Origin: Congzhengia sp.
GTDB lineage: Bacteria > Bacillota > Clostridia > UBA1381 > UBA9506
Direction of reading: 5' to 3'
Length of the DNA stretch: 64,000 nt
Assembly (NCBI GenBank): GCA_045596445.1
Contig: JAZOCK010000066.1
Coordinates: 6,729 to 70,728 of the forward strand
A model generated the notes under the pieces. It was given only the letters and a program-made list of their open reading frames with translations, was not told the origin of the DNA and searched no databases. Below are positions 11,377 to 22,318 of the stretch, one piece after another (the stretch's first letter is position 1; every line of letters starts with the position of its first letter). The translations under genes and the position numbers were made by a program.

Positions 11377-14300
11377 TTAGAAGTCAAAAAATGTAATTTG
11401 ATTTGTATCCGGAATTTTTTCTAAAACACCGAATTCTTTAAGCTTGTCTACAACAGCCTTTCCTATTTTAGCGCGACGCATAAGGTCCTCCGATGATATA
11501 AATGGCTCTCCATTCTCTCTTGCGTCGACAATAGCTTGACCAACCGCATCCGAAACACCATTAATTGCATTTAATGGCGGCCTTATAGCACCATTTTCCT
11601 CTACAAATTTCGTTGCGTGAGATTTGTATAAATCAACAGGTAAAAGCGATATTCCTCTTGCGTACATTTCATTTACAACTTCTAAAATTGTAGCAAGGTT
11701 TTTCTCTTTTTGCGTTGGATTTGGCAACGAATTTATCTCAGCAATTGCTGAAATTACTCTTTCGCGTCCCTTTAGCATTAAATCTGCATCAAATTCGGTT
11801 GCACGTACTGTATAATAAGCAATATAAAAAGATATGGGATAATGCACTTTAAAATAAGCTATTCTAAATCCCATCGTAACATATGCAGCGGCATGTGCTT
11901 TCGGGAACATATACTTTATTTTTTTACAAGAGGAAATATACCATTCAGGAACATCATTTTCACGCATCAATTCCTCGTCTTCAGGGGATAGTCCTTTTCC
12001 CTTTCTGACCTTTTCCATAATTTTAAAAGATGATAACGGCGGTACGTTATGCTGTAATAAATAAAGCATAATATCGTCACGTGTACAAATAACCTCAGAC
12101 AAGGTCGCAACGCCATCACGAACCAGCTCTTGAGCATTATTTGTCCAAACATCTGTACCGTGAGAAAGTCCGGATATCCTTATAAGCTCACTAAATGTTG
12201 TTGGTTTTGTTTCTATGAGCATCTGTTGAACAAAACGAGTACCAAATTCAGGAACAGCAAATGTTCCAACGGTTGTACCCAGGTCCTCCGCTGTCACGCC
12301 CAAGGCATCAGTTGTTGTAAACAAACTCATAGTTAGCTTGTCGTCAATTGGAATAGTTGTAGCATCTAGTCCTGTCAAGTCCTCTAACATTCTTATCATT
12401 GTAGGGTCATCATGTCCCAGAATATCGAGTTTTAACAATTTTCCGCTTATAGAATGATAATCAAAATGAGTTGTTATTATATCTGTGTCATTATCGTTTG
12501 CCGGATGTTGTATAGGTGAAAACTCATATATCTCATTTGCTTTGGGAACTATCATTACACCACCGGGATGTTGACCTGTTGTGCGTTTAACTCCTACTAT
12601 GCCTTGTGCAAGCCGCATTTCTTCCGCTTTATTTAAGGATTTACCTTTTATTTCAGCGTATTTTTTAAGATATCCAAATGCAGTTTTTTCCGCCAATGTA
12701 CCGATAGTTCCAGCACGGTAAACATGTCCTGTACCAAAAAGCTCTTCTGTGTATTTATGGGCAACACTTTGGTATTCACCCGAGAAATTCAAGTCTATAT
12801 CAGGCTCTTTATCTCCATCAAATCCTAAAAAGGTTTCAAATGGTATATCATAGCCCTCTTTTTTATATTTATGGCCACAAACCGGACAATCTTTATCATC
12901 TAAATCCGCACCACAGCTTGCAGAGCCATCAGTGAAAAATTCTACATTTTTGCATTTGGGACAAATATAGTGCGGAGGCAATGAGTTGATTTCTGTAATT
13001 CCTATCAAATATGCGATAAATGATGAACCAACAGAGCCTCTTGAGCCTACTAAATAACCGTCACTCAATGATTTTGTAACTAATTTTTGTGCAATCATAT
13101 ACATAACAGAAAAGCCGTATTTAATGATTGGGACAAGCTCTTTTTCCATCCTTTGGCTTACTATTTCAGGCAAAACCTCGCCGTAAATTTCGTGTGCTTT
13201 ATCATTAGACATTCTTTGGATGTCTTCAGTAGCACCAGGCATTTCAGGTGGATATGTTTCTTCCGGAATTGGCTTTACTTCCTCTATCATGTCGGCAATT
13301 TTGTTAGTGTTTTCAACAACAACCTCAAACGCTTTTTTGCTGCCTAAATATTTAAATTCGTTTAGCATTTCCTCTGTTGTTCGCAGAAATAAAGGCGGTT
13401 GAAATTCTGCGTCATCATATTCCTGACTTACCATAAGTACTTCTCTGTATATTGCATCTTCAGGATGTATGAAATGTACGTCGCAGGTTGCAACAACAGG
13501 TTTTGAAAGTCTATCTCCTAACTCAACAATCTCTTTATTAACTAATTTTAAATCTTCAAAGGATTCAACAGTGTTATCTCGAATCATAAATTCGTTATTT
13601 TTCAGAGGTTGAATTTCAAGGTAATCATAAAAACTTGCAATATTTTCTATTTCTTCTTTTGTTTTTCCTGACAAAACAGCATTGTAAAGCTCCCCTGCTT
13701 CACATGCACTTCCGATGATAAGTCCTTCTCTGTGTGCATTTAAAATCTCTTTTGTAATTCTCGGTTTTCTGTAAAAATTATCTAAATGAGAGGTTGAAAC
13801 AAGCTTATATAAATTCTTTAGCCCTGTCATATTCTTCACAAGAAGAATAATGTGATAAAGGTCAGTATACTGTGTTATAGAATTATCTACAAGCTTACTG
13901 TTAATTGATAAAACATTTTCAATACCCTTGCGTTTTAGGGTATCGCAAAAAACCATAAATATTTTTGCTGTGACCTCCGCATCGTTTATGGCTCTGTGAT
14001 GTCCCTCGAAATTTATACCAAGTGATTTTGCTACTCTGTCTAATCTGTGTCTTTTAATATTTGTTACAAGCTTACGGCTTAAATTTAAGGTATCTATATA
14101 ACAAAAATCAAAGTCAATTTTATATTTTTCTGCATATCTCTTTAAAAAACCGACATCAAACCTTGCGTTGTGAGCAACTAAAATTGTACCTTTTGCAAAC
14201 TTTATAAAACGCTTCAGAACATTTTCGATATTATCAGCATCGCTTACCATATCATTGGTAATTCGCGTCAGTTCAGTAATGTGGGGCAATATTTGTGCTT

Positions 14301-15648
14301 CAGGCTTTACAAATTCAGAAAATCTATCTACAATTTTTCCGCCTGAAACCTTGACACCTGCAATTTCAATCAGCTCATGAAATTTCGCCTTAAGTCCTGT
14401 AGTTTCTATATCGAAGACAACAAAATCTCCATCCAAACCCATTTCCTTTTCATTATAGACTATTTTTGCATCATCGCCCATTAAATAGCCTTCCATACCA
14501 TATATTATTTTAATATCGTTCTTTTTGCCCGCACTGCAAGCATCCGGATACGCTTGTACAACACCGTGGTCTGTTATTGCAATTGCTTTGTGGCCAAATT
14601 TTGCTGCTGTTTTAATCAGCTCATCGGTTTTAGCAACTGAGTCCATAGCGGACATAACTGTATGTGCATGCAACTCTACACGCTTTACTTCGGACTTATC
14701 CTCACGAAAAGCTATTTCCTTTAATTTGAGATTGTTTATTTTAATTGTTACTTCATGTTCATACTGGTCATATACAGTATCTCCCTTTATAATTACGGCT
14801 TTAGCATCGTTAAGCGCAGATGATACCTCTTTTATTTTATCAGGCTTCACGAAACATTTACAGGTAATAGAAGATGTATCATCTGTTATGTATACTGACA
14901 GAATATGATTTCCGTTTCTTGTTTCTCTTGTTTCAGTTGCTATTATTTTTCCTGTTACTATAACTTTTCCGCTGTATTCGGTAATATCAGCGATTGTAAT
15001 TACCTCTCCGGAAAAATCTTTGCCTATAATAAGATTTGCATCCTTTTCTTCTTCACTCTCTGTTTTTTTGATGATTTCCTTCTTTTTTGGCACATTTTTA
15101 ACTTCTGTTACAATTGGCATTTCTGCAATAATTGTTTTTTTGGTTTCTTCAATTTCTTTCAAAAGTGAATCTTCTTTTCTTGTTGAAGTTTTGACTTTTA
15201 CATCCATCGAAAGACCAAAACTTTTTAAAATATAGTCCTTTATTAAAGTAATGATATTTTCGTTCAACAAAGACTCGTTTGTGCCAAAACGAACAAAAAT
15301 CGTTAATGTGTTGTCTGAAATTTCTGCTGTGCTGCCGGTCAAAACCTTTACAATACTTGCATTTTTAAAGCAAACATACTCACGTACGTTGTCATAAAAA
15401 TCTGTTTTGTTGCTGTCTGTAATTTTAAAATTTAAATATTTAATGTCAAATGTTATTTTTGATACGCCAAATTTAGTACGAATAGCAGTTCTTAATTTTG
15501 CAAAAGGAAGTGCACAAGGAAAAGCGTCAGACTCCAAGTCGACGCTCATAGACATATCATCTTTTTTAATTTTACATCCTCTTACATTAACAGATGTATA
15601 TTTTTCAGCAAACTCAACACCTGCTAATTCAGCCAATAAATTTGACAT
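11377..15648 (-). CDS. polC: DNA polymerase III subunit alpha, PolC type
   Basis: RVELHAHT PHP domain, FDIETTG exonuclease, PDIDLNFSGE catalytic motif; 1423 aa. Confidence 0.98.
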   Translation of the reverse strand: MSNLLAELAGVEFAEKYTSVNVRGCKIKKDDMSMSVDLESDAFPCALPFAKLRTAIRTKFGVSKITFDIKYLNFKITDSNKTDFYDNVREYVCFKNASIVKVLTGSTAEISDNTLTIFVRFGTNESLLNENIITLIKDYILKSFGLSMDVKVKTSTRKEDSLLKEIEETKKTIIAEMPIVTEVKNVPKKKEIIKKTESEEEKDANLIIGKDFSGEVITIADITEYSGKVIVTGKIIATETRETRNGNHILSVYITDDTSSITCKCFVKPDKIKEVSSALNDAKAVIIKGDTVYDQYEHEVTIKINNLKLKEIAFREDKSEVKRVELHAHTVMSAMDSVAKTDELIKTAAKFGHKAIAITDHGVVQAYPDACSAGKKNDIKIIYGMEGYLMGDDAKIVYNEKEMGLDGDFVVFDIETTGLKAKFHELIEIAGVKVSGGKIVDRFSEFVKPEAQILPHITELTRITNDMVSDADNIENVLKRFIKFAKGTILVAHNARFDVGFLKRYAEKYKIDFDFCYIDTLNLSRKLVTNIKRHRLDRVAKSLGINFEGHHRAINDAEVTAKIFMVFCDTLKRKGIENVLSINSKLVDNSITQYTDLYHIILLVKNMTGLKNLYKLVSTSHLDNFYRKPRITKEILNAHREGLIIGSACEAGELYNAVLSGKTKEEIENIASFYDYLEIQPLKNNEFMIRDNTVESFEDLKLVNKEIVELGDRLSKPVVATCDVHFIHPEDAIYREVLMVSQEYDDAEFQPPLFLRTTEEMLNEFKYLGSKKAFEVVVENTNKIADMIEEVKPIPEETYPPEMPGATEDIQRMSNDKAHEIYGEVLPEIVSQRMEKELVPIIKYGFSVMYMIAQKLVTKSLSDGYLVGSRGSVGSSFIAYLIGITEINSLPPHYICPKCKNVEFFTDGSASCGADLDDKDCPVCGHKYKKEGYDIPFETFLGFDGDKEPDIDLNFSGEYQSVAHKYTEELFGTGHVYRAGTIGTLAEKTAFGYLKKYAEIKGKSLNKAEEMRLAQGIVGVKRTTGQHPGGVMIVPKANEIYEFSPIQHPANDNDTDIITTHFDYHSISGKLLKLDILGHDDPTMIRMLEDLTGLDATTIPIDDKLTMSLFTTTDALGVTAEDLGTTVGTFAVPEFGTRFVQQMLIETKPTTFSELIRISGLSHGTDVWTNNAQELVRDGVATLSEVICTRDDIMLYLLQHNVPPLSSFKIMEKVRKGKGLSPEDEELMRENDVPEWYISSCKKIKYMFPKAHAAAYVTMGFRIAYFKVHYPISFYIAYYTVRATEFDADLMLKGRERVISAIAEINSLPNPTQKEKNLATILEVVNEMYARGISLLPVDLYKSHATKFVEENGAIRPPLNAINGVSDAVGQAIVDARENGEPFISSEDLMRRAKIGKAVVDKLKEFGVLEKIPDTNQITFFDF

Positions 15649-15657
15649 TTTTTCTCC

Positions 15658-16710
15658 TTAAGACATCCTATCTATTTCATAAAATAATTCATCAATAATA
15701 TCTTCTTCTTTAACTTTTTTAAATATTTCGCCATTTTTAAATATCAATCCTTCTCCATTAGCTCCTGTGATGCCTATGTCGGCATTACTTGCTTCTCCGG
15801 GGCCATTTACAACACAACCCATTACTGCAACAGTTATAGGTTTATCAAGCTTTGATAAGTGTGATTCTACCTCGGTTGCAATCTTTACAAGGTCAATAGT
15901 ACATCGTGAACAAGTAGGACAAGATATAAGCTTAGCTTCACCTTCGCGAAGTCCCAATGCATTTAAAATTTCCTTAGCGGCACGGATTTCCTCAGTTGGA
16001 TCATCTGTTAAAGACACTCGAATTGTATCTCCTATACCATCAGCTAAAAGTGCACCTATTCCAATAGCTGATTTTATCGTGCCTGAATATGTAGGACCTG
16101 CCTCTGTTACGCCTAAATGAAGCGGATAATCGCGTTTTTCTGCCATTAATCTATACGCCTTTATCATCGTGTTAACATCCGAAGCTTTAAGCGAAATGAC
16201 AATGTCATCAAAATTGTATTTTTCAAGCATTTCTATATTTCGTGTTGCTTCAAAAACCAGTCCTTCAGCACTATATCTCCCATATTTTTTTGCTATATCC
16301 AAAGAAACAGAGCCTGTATTAACACCAACTCTTATGGGGATATTTCTGTCCTTTGCTGCAGAAATCACTTCTTTTACACGGTTTTCATTCCCTATGTTTC
16401 CTGGGTTTATACGCACCTTGTCTATCCCGTTATTTATAGATTCAATTGCCATTTTATAATCAAATTGAATATCCGCAACCAAGGGTATGTCTACTTCTTT
16501 TTTCAAAGCCCTGATAACGTCTATACTTTTTTCATCTGTTACGGCTAAACGAACAATATCACATCCGGCATTCTTTAGTGCAACTGTTTGTTCAACAGCA
16601 GATTTGACATCTCCGTTTTTAGTATTAAGCATAGACTGGATTGATATCGGGCTGTCGCCTCCTATGCATATGTCGGCAATTTTAACTGATTTTGTGTTTC
16701 TTCTCTTCAT
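15658..16710 (-). CDS. ispG: 4-hydroxy-3-methylbut-2-en-1-yl diphosphate synthase
   Basis: RINPGNIG, LHLGVTEAG, SCPTCSR, MGCVVNGPGE; start moved to ATG 16710. Confidence 0.96.
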   Translation of the reverse strand: MKRRNTKSVKIADICIGGDSPISIQSMLNTKNGDVKSAVEQTVALKNAGCDIVRLAVTDEKSIDVIRALKKEVDIPLVADIQFDYKMAIESINNGIDKVRINPGNIGNENRVKEVISAAKDRNIPIRVGVNTGSVSLDIAKKYGRYSAEGLVFEATRNIEMLEKYNFDDIVISLKASDVNTMIKAYRLMAEKRDYPLHLGVTEAGPTYSGTIKSAIGIGALLADGIGDTIRVSLTDDPTEEIRAAKEILNALGLREGEAKLISCPTCSRCTIDLVKIATEVESHLSKLDKPITVAVMGCVVNGPGEASNADIGITGANGEGLIFKNGEIFKKVKEEDIIDELFYEIDRMS

Positions 16711-16732
16711 ATAAAATTCTCCAAACACTCAA

Positions 16733-18487
16733 CTAAATGTAATATTTTTCCTTATAAAATTCATACATGTCGCTAAATTCCTTTACATCTCCTGATTTTA
16801 GTTGATTTAGGTATTCATGAGTTTCAAATGAATTATTAGCAATTTCTATAAAACAAACTGCAATGTTTGAACAATGGTCAGAAATTCTTCCATAGTTTGT
16901 CAATAAATCAGAAAGTATAAAACCGAGTTCCATCGTACAATCGCCATGTCTTAATCTCTCAATATGACTATTCTTAATTTTTCTCTTTAATCTGTCAATA
17001 ACTTGTTCTAAAGGCTCAACCTTTTTAGCCGAAGAAATATCATCATTAACTAAAGCATCTTTTGCAAGAACTAAAATTTCAGCTACTGCATTATTTATAA
17101 TTGTAATATCAGATTTTGCTTTATCCGAAAATGAAACTTGTTTTGCGTTTATTTCTCTTGCAGTTTCTGCAATACTTAAAGCATGATCTGAAATTCTTTC
17201 AATATCACCGATAAAATGCAGCAGTTTTGTAACAATCATACTGTCATTTGGCGATATATTATTTGCTGCAATCTTAACAAGGTATGTGCTTGTCTTATCT
17301 TCATACTTATCTACATTAGACTCGAGCCTTTTTATTTCATTAAATGTTTCGTCGCTATAATCATCCAAAAGTCCTGTTGCTTTTTTGAAAGTTTCAACCG
17401 AAATCCTTGCCATATCATAAACTAATTCCTTACATTTCTCTACAGCAAATGTGGGAATGGATAAAAATCTTTCGTCCAAGGTATCAAATACATCTGTTTC
17501 ACGTTCTTTTTTATTGGACTTAACAGTTTTTATTGCCAGCTTTTCGAAAAATGAACAGAAAGGAAGCAAAATCGCTGTAGAAAGAATATTAAAAAGTGTA
17601 TGAATTACTGCGATGCTAAAAGCTGAGGACTGTTGGTTTAAAAATTCAAATCCGATAATTGCGTTTAATAAATAGAAAACACCTGCTACAACTATTACAC
17701 CAATCATTTTTATATACAGGCATGTCATTGCAACGCGTTTAGATTCCGTATTACCGCTTATAGCAGATATTATAGGTGTGATTGTAGTACCGATGTTTTG
17801 ACCTAATATTACCGGTATAGCGGTAGAAAAAGGTATTGGACAACTTAGTGCCAATGCCTGTAAAACACCGACAGATGCAGACGAGGATTGGATAATAGCA
17901 GTAAATAATGTGCCGACCAAAATACCCATAACAGGATTTGAAAACATTATAAGCATATTTGCAAAAGTTTCGTTATCACGAAGCACCTCAACTGCCCCGC
18001 TCATCATTTCCATACCGAACATCAAAATTGCAAAGCCTATTAGAATTGTACCGGTATTTTTTCTTTTATCATTTTTAGCTGTCATTGTCATTAAGAGACC
18101 AATTATGGCCAAAATTGGCGTAAATGATTCAGGCTTAAAGAGTTTAATTATTGTCGCGGTACCGTTAATATCAGCAGTACTCAAAAGCCAGGCTGTAACA
18201 GTCGTACCAATATTTGCACCCATGATTATACTGATTGTTTGTCCGAGATTCATAATACCTGAATTTACAAAACCAACAAGCATAACAGTTGTTGCAGAGG
18301 ACGACTGGATAACGGCAGTTACAATTAGACCAAGCATAAAGCCCTTCCATCTTGTAGAAGTAAGACTAGCCAAAATTGATTCCAGCTTACCGCCTGCCAG
18401 TTTTTTTAAACTATCTCCCATAAGGTCCATACCATATAAGAAAAGTGCCAAACCACCAATAAGACTTAAAATGTTAAATATGCTCAA
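16733..18487 (-). CDS. Na/Pi cotransporter family protein with PhoU-like C-terminal domain
   Basis: Two QSSS repeats with GANIGTT / GQNIGTT; DIERISDH motif. Confidence 0.92.
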   Translation of the reverse strand: MSIFNILSLIGGLALFLYGMDLMGDSLKKLAGGKLESILASLTSTRWKGFMLGLIVTAVIQSSSATTVMLVGFVNSGIMNLGQTISIIMGANIGTTVTAWLLSTADINGTATIIKLFKPESFTPILAIIGLLMTMTAKNDKRKNTGTILIGFAILMFGMEMMSGAVEVLRDNETFANMLIMFSNPVMGILVGTLFTAIIQSSSASVGVLQALALSCPIPFSTAIPVILGQNIGTTITPIISAISGNTESKRVAMTCLYIKMIGVIVVAGVFYLLNAIIGFEFLNQQSSAFSIAVIHTLFNILSTAILLPFCSFFEKLAIKTVKSNKKERETDVFDTLDERFLSIPTFAVEKCKELVYDMARISVETFKKATGLLDDYSDETFNEIKRLESNVDKYEDKTSTYLVKIAANNISPNDSMIVTKLLHFIGDIERISDHALSIAETAREINAKQVSFSDKAKSDITIINNAVAEILVLAKDALVNDDISSAKKVEPLEQVIDRLKRKIKNSHIERLRHGDCTMELGFILSDLLTNYGRISDHCSNIAVCFIEIANNSFETHEYLNQLKSGDVKEFSDMYEFYKEKYYI

Positions 18488-18585
18488 CCTAATCCCTCCG
18501 AGATTTTAAGACTGACAAATTTGTGTATTTTTTTAATAATATTTTTATTTTGCTGTTGTAAAATATTAGATAAACGTACAAAATG

Positions 18586-18614
18586 AGTATAACATATTTT
18601 ATTTTGATAGTCAA
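18586..18614 (-). promoter_or_regulatory. SigA promoter candidate for the Na/Pi cotransporter
   Basis: TTGACT-17-TATACT with TG extension. Confidence 0.6.
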
Positions 18615-18654
18615 TCGAATAATGTAGATTTTCTTGTTATTGATTGTTTTTTTC

Positions 18655-18684
18655 TTGACACTTATATTATTCCCGTGTTATAAT
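18655..18684 (+). promoter_or_regulatory. SigA promoter of pyk
   Basis: TTGACA-18-TATAAT with TG extension. Confidence 0.75.
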
Positions 18685-18735
18685 TATTCCAATTTTAGAA
18701 CAAAATATAAGATTCAATCCACGGAGGTTAATAAA

Positions 18736-20157
18736 ATGCGTAAAACTAAGATTGTGTGTACATTAGGACCGGCTTCAAACAATGAAAAGGTAATTACAAA
18801 AATGTTAAAGGCAGGTATGGATGTAGCACGTATTAACCTTTCACACGGAACGCATGAACAGCACAAAAGCACAATACAGCTATTCAGACAAGTGCGTGAC
18901 AATTTAGATATTCCCGCAGCCGTTATGTTTGACACAAAGGGTCCCGAAATAAGAATAGGAAAATTCAAAAACGGGAAAGAGTTTTTAAAAGAAGGTGAAG
19001 CTTTTACAATCACGACTAATGCTGTTGATGGCAGCAACAGGATAGTTTCTGTATCCTATAAGGATTTGCCATCACAATTAAAAACAGGCGATACGTTGTT
19101 GATAGATGATGGATATATCAATTTAAAAGTAACGGATTTAACAGACACTGATATAATCTGCGAGGTTGTTTCAGGAGGAGAAATATCTGACAAAAAAGGA
19201 GTAAATATTCCAAATGTGCATTTGGAAATTCCTTATTTGAGCGAAGCAGACCAAAAAGATTTAATTTTTGCCGTTCAGCAGGATGCGGATTTTATTGCAG
19301 CATCATTCGTTCGTTCTGAAGAAGATATAATTAAATTAAGAAATTTTTTAGACTACCATGGCGGATACAATATAAAAATCATATCTAAAATTGAAAATAT
19401 AGAAGGTGTTAATAACTTTGAAAAAATACTAAATCATTCTGACGGGATTATGGTAGCACGTGGCGATATGGGTGTTGAAATTGAGTTTGAACGCCTTCCG
19501 GGACTTCAAAAGAAATTTATAAAAGAATGTTATCGTGCGGGAAAAATGGTTATTACTGCAACGCAAATGTTAGAATCTATGATTCACAATACCACACCGA
19601 CAAGAGCTGAAATCACCGATGTAGCAAATGCAGTATTTGACGGCACATCAGCTATCATGTTATCAGGAGAAACGGCAATTGGCAATCACCCTGATTTAGT
19701 AGTTAAAACAATGGCAAAGATAGCACGTCAGGCAGAAAAAGATGCTTTCGAGCTTAATTTTTATGAGAATTTTCAATATGTTAACAATATTGCAGATGTT
19801 ACAAACGCAATTTGCGACGCGGCTTGTACAACTGCACGTGATATTAAGGCCAAGGCTATAATTGCCGTTACAAAATCAGGATATACCGCAAGAAAGGTGT
19901 CGAAATTCAGACCCAAGGAACCAATTATAGCTACAACACCGAGCGAAAAAACATATCATCAACTATCGCTTTCTTGGGGTGTGCATCCTGTTAAATCCTT
20001 ATATCAAATAAATGCAGAGGATTTATTTGACCATTCGATAGCCTGTGCAAAACGTTATGGCTATGTTTCTGCTAATGACTGTGTAGTCATTACCGCAGGT
20101 TCTGACAATTCTACAGATTTATTAAAAGTTCAAACCGTTTCAACTAACGAAAACTAA
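18736..20157 (+). CDS. pyk: Pyruvate kinase
   Basis: RKTKIVCTLGP, DTKGPEIR, MVARGDMGVE, MLSGETA; ATG 18736 behind GGAGG. Confidence 0.98.
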   Translation: MRKTKIVCTLGPASNNEKVITKMLKAGMDVARINLSHGTHEQHKSTIQLFRQVRDNLDIPAAVMFDTKGPEIRIGKFKNGKEFLKEGEAFTITTNAVDGSNRIVSVSYKDLPSQLKTGDTLLIDDGYINLKVTDLTDTDIICEVVSGGEISDKKGVNIPNVHLEIPYLSEADQKDLIFAVQQDADFIAASFVRSEEDIIKLRNFLDYHGGYNIKIISKIENIEGVNNFEKILNHSDGIMVARGDMGVEIEFERLPGLQKKFIKECYRAGKMVITATQMLESMIHNTTPTRAEITDVANAVFDGTSAIMLSGETAIGNHPDLVVKTMAKIARQAEKDAFELNFYENFQYVNNIADVTNAICDAACTTARDIKAKAIIAVTKSGYTARKVSKFRPKEPIIATTPSEKTYHQLSLSWGVHPVKSLYQINAEDLFDHSIACAKRYGYVSANDCVVITAGSDNSTDLLKVQTVSTNEN

Positions 20158-20186
20158 AGGAGTTGTAGCATTTTGCTACAACTCCT
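20158..20186. terminator. Hairpin between convergent pyk and recN
   Basis: AGGAGTTGTAGCA-TTT-TGCTACAACTCCT, 13-bp perfect stem. Confidence 0.8.
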
Positions 20187-21837
20187 ATTTCATCATTTCT
20201 TTTGCCTGCATTAAGGAAGTTTCAGAGTTTTCATCTCCACTTATCATATATGCAATTTGTTTTATTCTTTCAGCATCGGACAAAACTTCAATATGTGTGT
20301 TGGTTTTTTCTTTATCACTCTCTTTAGAAATTTTAAAATGGTTATCTGCAAGTGCTGCAATTTGAGGTGAATGTGTAACACAAAGCACTTGCTTTTTCTT
20401 TGAAATTTCAGCAAGCTTAGTTCCTACCATAACTACGGTAATTCCACTTATTCCGGTGTCAATTTCGTCAAATATTAAGGTTCCGGCAGTATCACCATCT
20501 GTCAGAACGTTTTTCATAGCAAGCATTATTCTCGACAATTCTCCGCCTGAGATAATTTTGCAAAGTGGTTTTTGCGGTTCTCCGATATTTGTAGAAATGA
20601 GAAATTCTACATTATCAACGCCACTATATGAAAGTTTACAATCTTCAAAATTAATCTTAAAACAAGCCCCTGTCATATTTAGCTCAGCAAGTTGGGAATT
20701 TATATTACGCTCGATTAAAAGTGCATTTTTCTTGCGAATCGCACTGAGTTTTTGTGCTGTTTCGTGAGTCTTTTTGTATAAAAAGTTCAGCTGCTTTTCT
20801 AGTTCCGCTTTCTTTGCATCTGAAAAGTTAATTCTGTCTAATTCCTTTTGAGCATTATCGCAATAATTTAAGATATCCTCTTCACTGTTTCCGTACTTAC
20901 GTTTAAGTCTATATATAATATCCAATCTTTCCTCAATATCATCTAAAGAAACATCTTCATAATTAATCATATCAAGTTTTTTTCTTATATCACTCGATAC
21001 ATCTTCAATACCAAACAAAATATCGTTAAGCTTCTCCGAAATACTACTCAATGAGTCATCGGGGATTTTTTCGATAAATTTTAACGCATAAGAAATCATA
21101 CCATATGCCGTTTCATCTTCGTTATCAGACAAAACAGATAATGCTCCGCTGCAATTTTTAATAAAATTTTCTTTATTTTTTATGAAATTCCTTTTAGATT
21201 TTAAGACATTTTCTTCTCCAACGCTTATATTTGCGTTGCTTATTTCTTTTATTTCAAATTGTAATATATCGACTTTTCTGTTTTTTTCATTTTCGTCAAT
21301 ATTTAATTCGTTTAATAGCTTGTTACATTCCTGGAGTTCTGAGTAGTTTTTTTCATATTCTGAATAAATATCACAATTTTCTTTTTTGCAAAAAGCATCC
21401 AAAAAAGAAATATGACATTTACTGTCTAAGAGTGCCTGATTGTCATGCTGACCGTGAACATTTATTAAGCTTCTTCCAATATCACGCAAATTCGCTACCG
21501 TTACTGCTTTTCCGCCGACCTTACAAACATTTTTTCCGTCTGCATAGAGTCTTCGTGAAACAATTAAGGAATTATCTTCACAAACATCTATATCTTCATT
21601 TAGAAGTTCGTTCTTTACAGCATCATCAACGTAAAAAATCCCCTCGACGCAAGCATATGACTTACCATGCCTTATAATATCTTTTCCGATACGTTCTCCC
21701 AAAAGCATATTCACAGAATTAATAAGCATGGATTTACCCGCACCTGTCTCACCGGTTAAAGCTGTAAAACCACTATTAAAATCTATATTCGCTTGTTCAA
21801 TTAATGCAACATTTTCGATGCTTAAATTAAAAAGCAT
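20185..21837 (-). CDS. recN: DNA repair protein RecN
   Basis: GETGAGKS Walker A, HGQHDNQ, SGGELSR, FDEIDTG. Confidence 0.97.
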   Translation of the reverse strand: MLFNLSIENVALIEQANIDFNSGFTALTGETGAGKSMLINSVNMLLGERIGKDIIRHGKSYACVEGIFYVDDAVKNELLNEDIDVCEDNSLIVSRRLYADGKNVCKVGGKAVTVANLRDIGRSLINVHGQHDNQALLDSKCHISFLDAFCKKENCDIYSEYEKNYSELQECNKLLNELNIDENEKNRKVDILQFEIKEISNANISVGEENVLKSKRNFIKNKENFIKNCSGALSVLSDNEDETAYGMISYALKFIEKIPDDSLSSISEKLNDILFGIEDVSSDIRKKLDMINYEDVSLDDIEERLDIIYRLKRKYGNSEEDILNYCDNAQKELDRINFSDAKKAELEKQLNFLYKKTHETAQKLSAIRKKNALLIERNINSQLAELNMTGACFKINFEDCKLSYSGVDNVEFLISTNIGEPQKPLCKIISGGELSRIMLAMKNVLTDGDTAGTLIFDEIDTGISGITVVMVGTKLAEISKKKQVLCVTHSPQIAALADNHFKISKESDKEKTNTHIEVLSDAERIKQIAYMISGDENSETSLMQAKEMMK

Positions 21838-21859
21838 AATAAGACATTCCTTTCATAAA

Positions 21860-22315
21860 TCAGCGTTTTAGCAATAAATTTATCCTATCAACTAAATGCT
21901 CGGCTGTTTTTTCTGTTTTCGTGACGCAAAGTATTGTGTCATCTCCTGCAACACAACCTAAAATTTCATCAAATCCAAAAGAGTCAATCACAAAACCTAC
22001 TGCCTGTGCCATACCTGAATGCGTTTTTACAACAACAGTATTTAGAGCATAGTCAATTTTTACAACAGAATTTACCAGAATCGAATTGAGATTTTTTTCA
22101 GAGGCAGTAGCGTCTTTTCCGCTGCTTTGTGCATATTTATAAACTCCACTGTCGTCTAGAACCTTTATAAGTTTCAGGTTCTTTATATCACGAGAAACTG
22201 TTGCTTGTGTTACATTATAGCCATCATCAGATAATCTTCTTGCTAGTTCTTCCTGTGTATCAATATTATATTTTGTAATTAAATCAAGAATTTTAGAATG
22301 TCTGCTTAATTTCAT
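21860..22315 (-). CDS. argR: Arginine repressor
   Basis: TQEEL, TQATVSRDI, AGDDTI. Confidence 0.97.
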   Translation of the reverse strand: MKLSRHSKILDLITKYNIDTQEELARRLSDDGYNVTQATVSRDIKNLKLIKVLDDSGVYKYAQSSGKDATASEKNLNSILVNSVVKIDYALNTVVVKTHSGMAQAVGFVIDSFGFDEILGCVAGDDTILCVTKTEKTAEHLVDRINLLLKR

Positions 22316-22318
22316 ATA

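Noticed and set aside
11377-15648. Intein or insertion in PolC
   Set aside because: Length and domain order are normal; no intein splice motifs seen.
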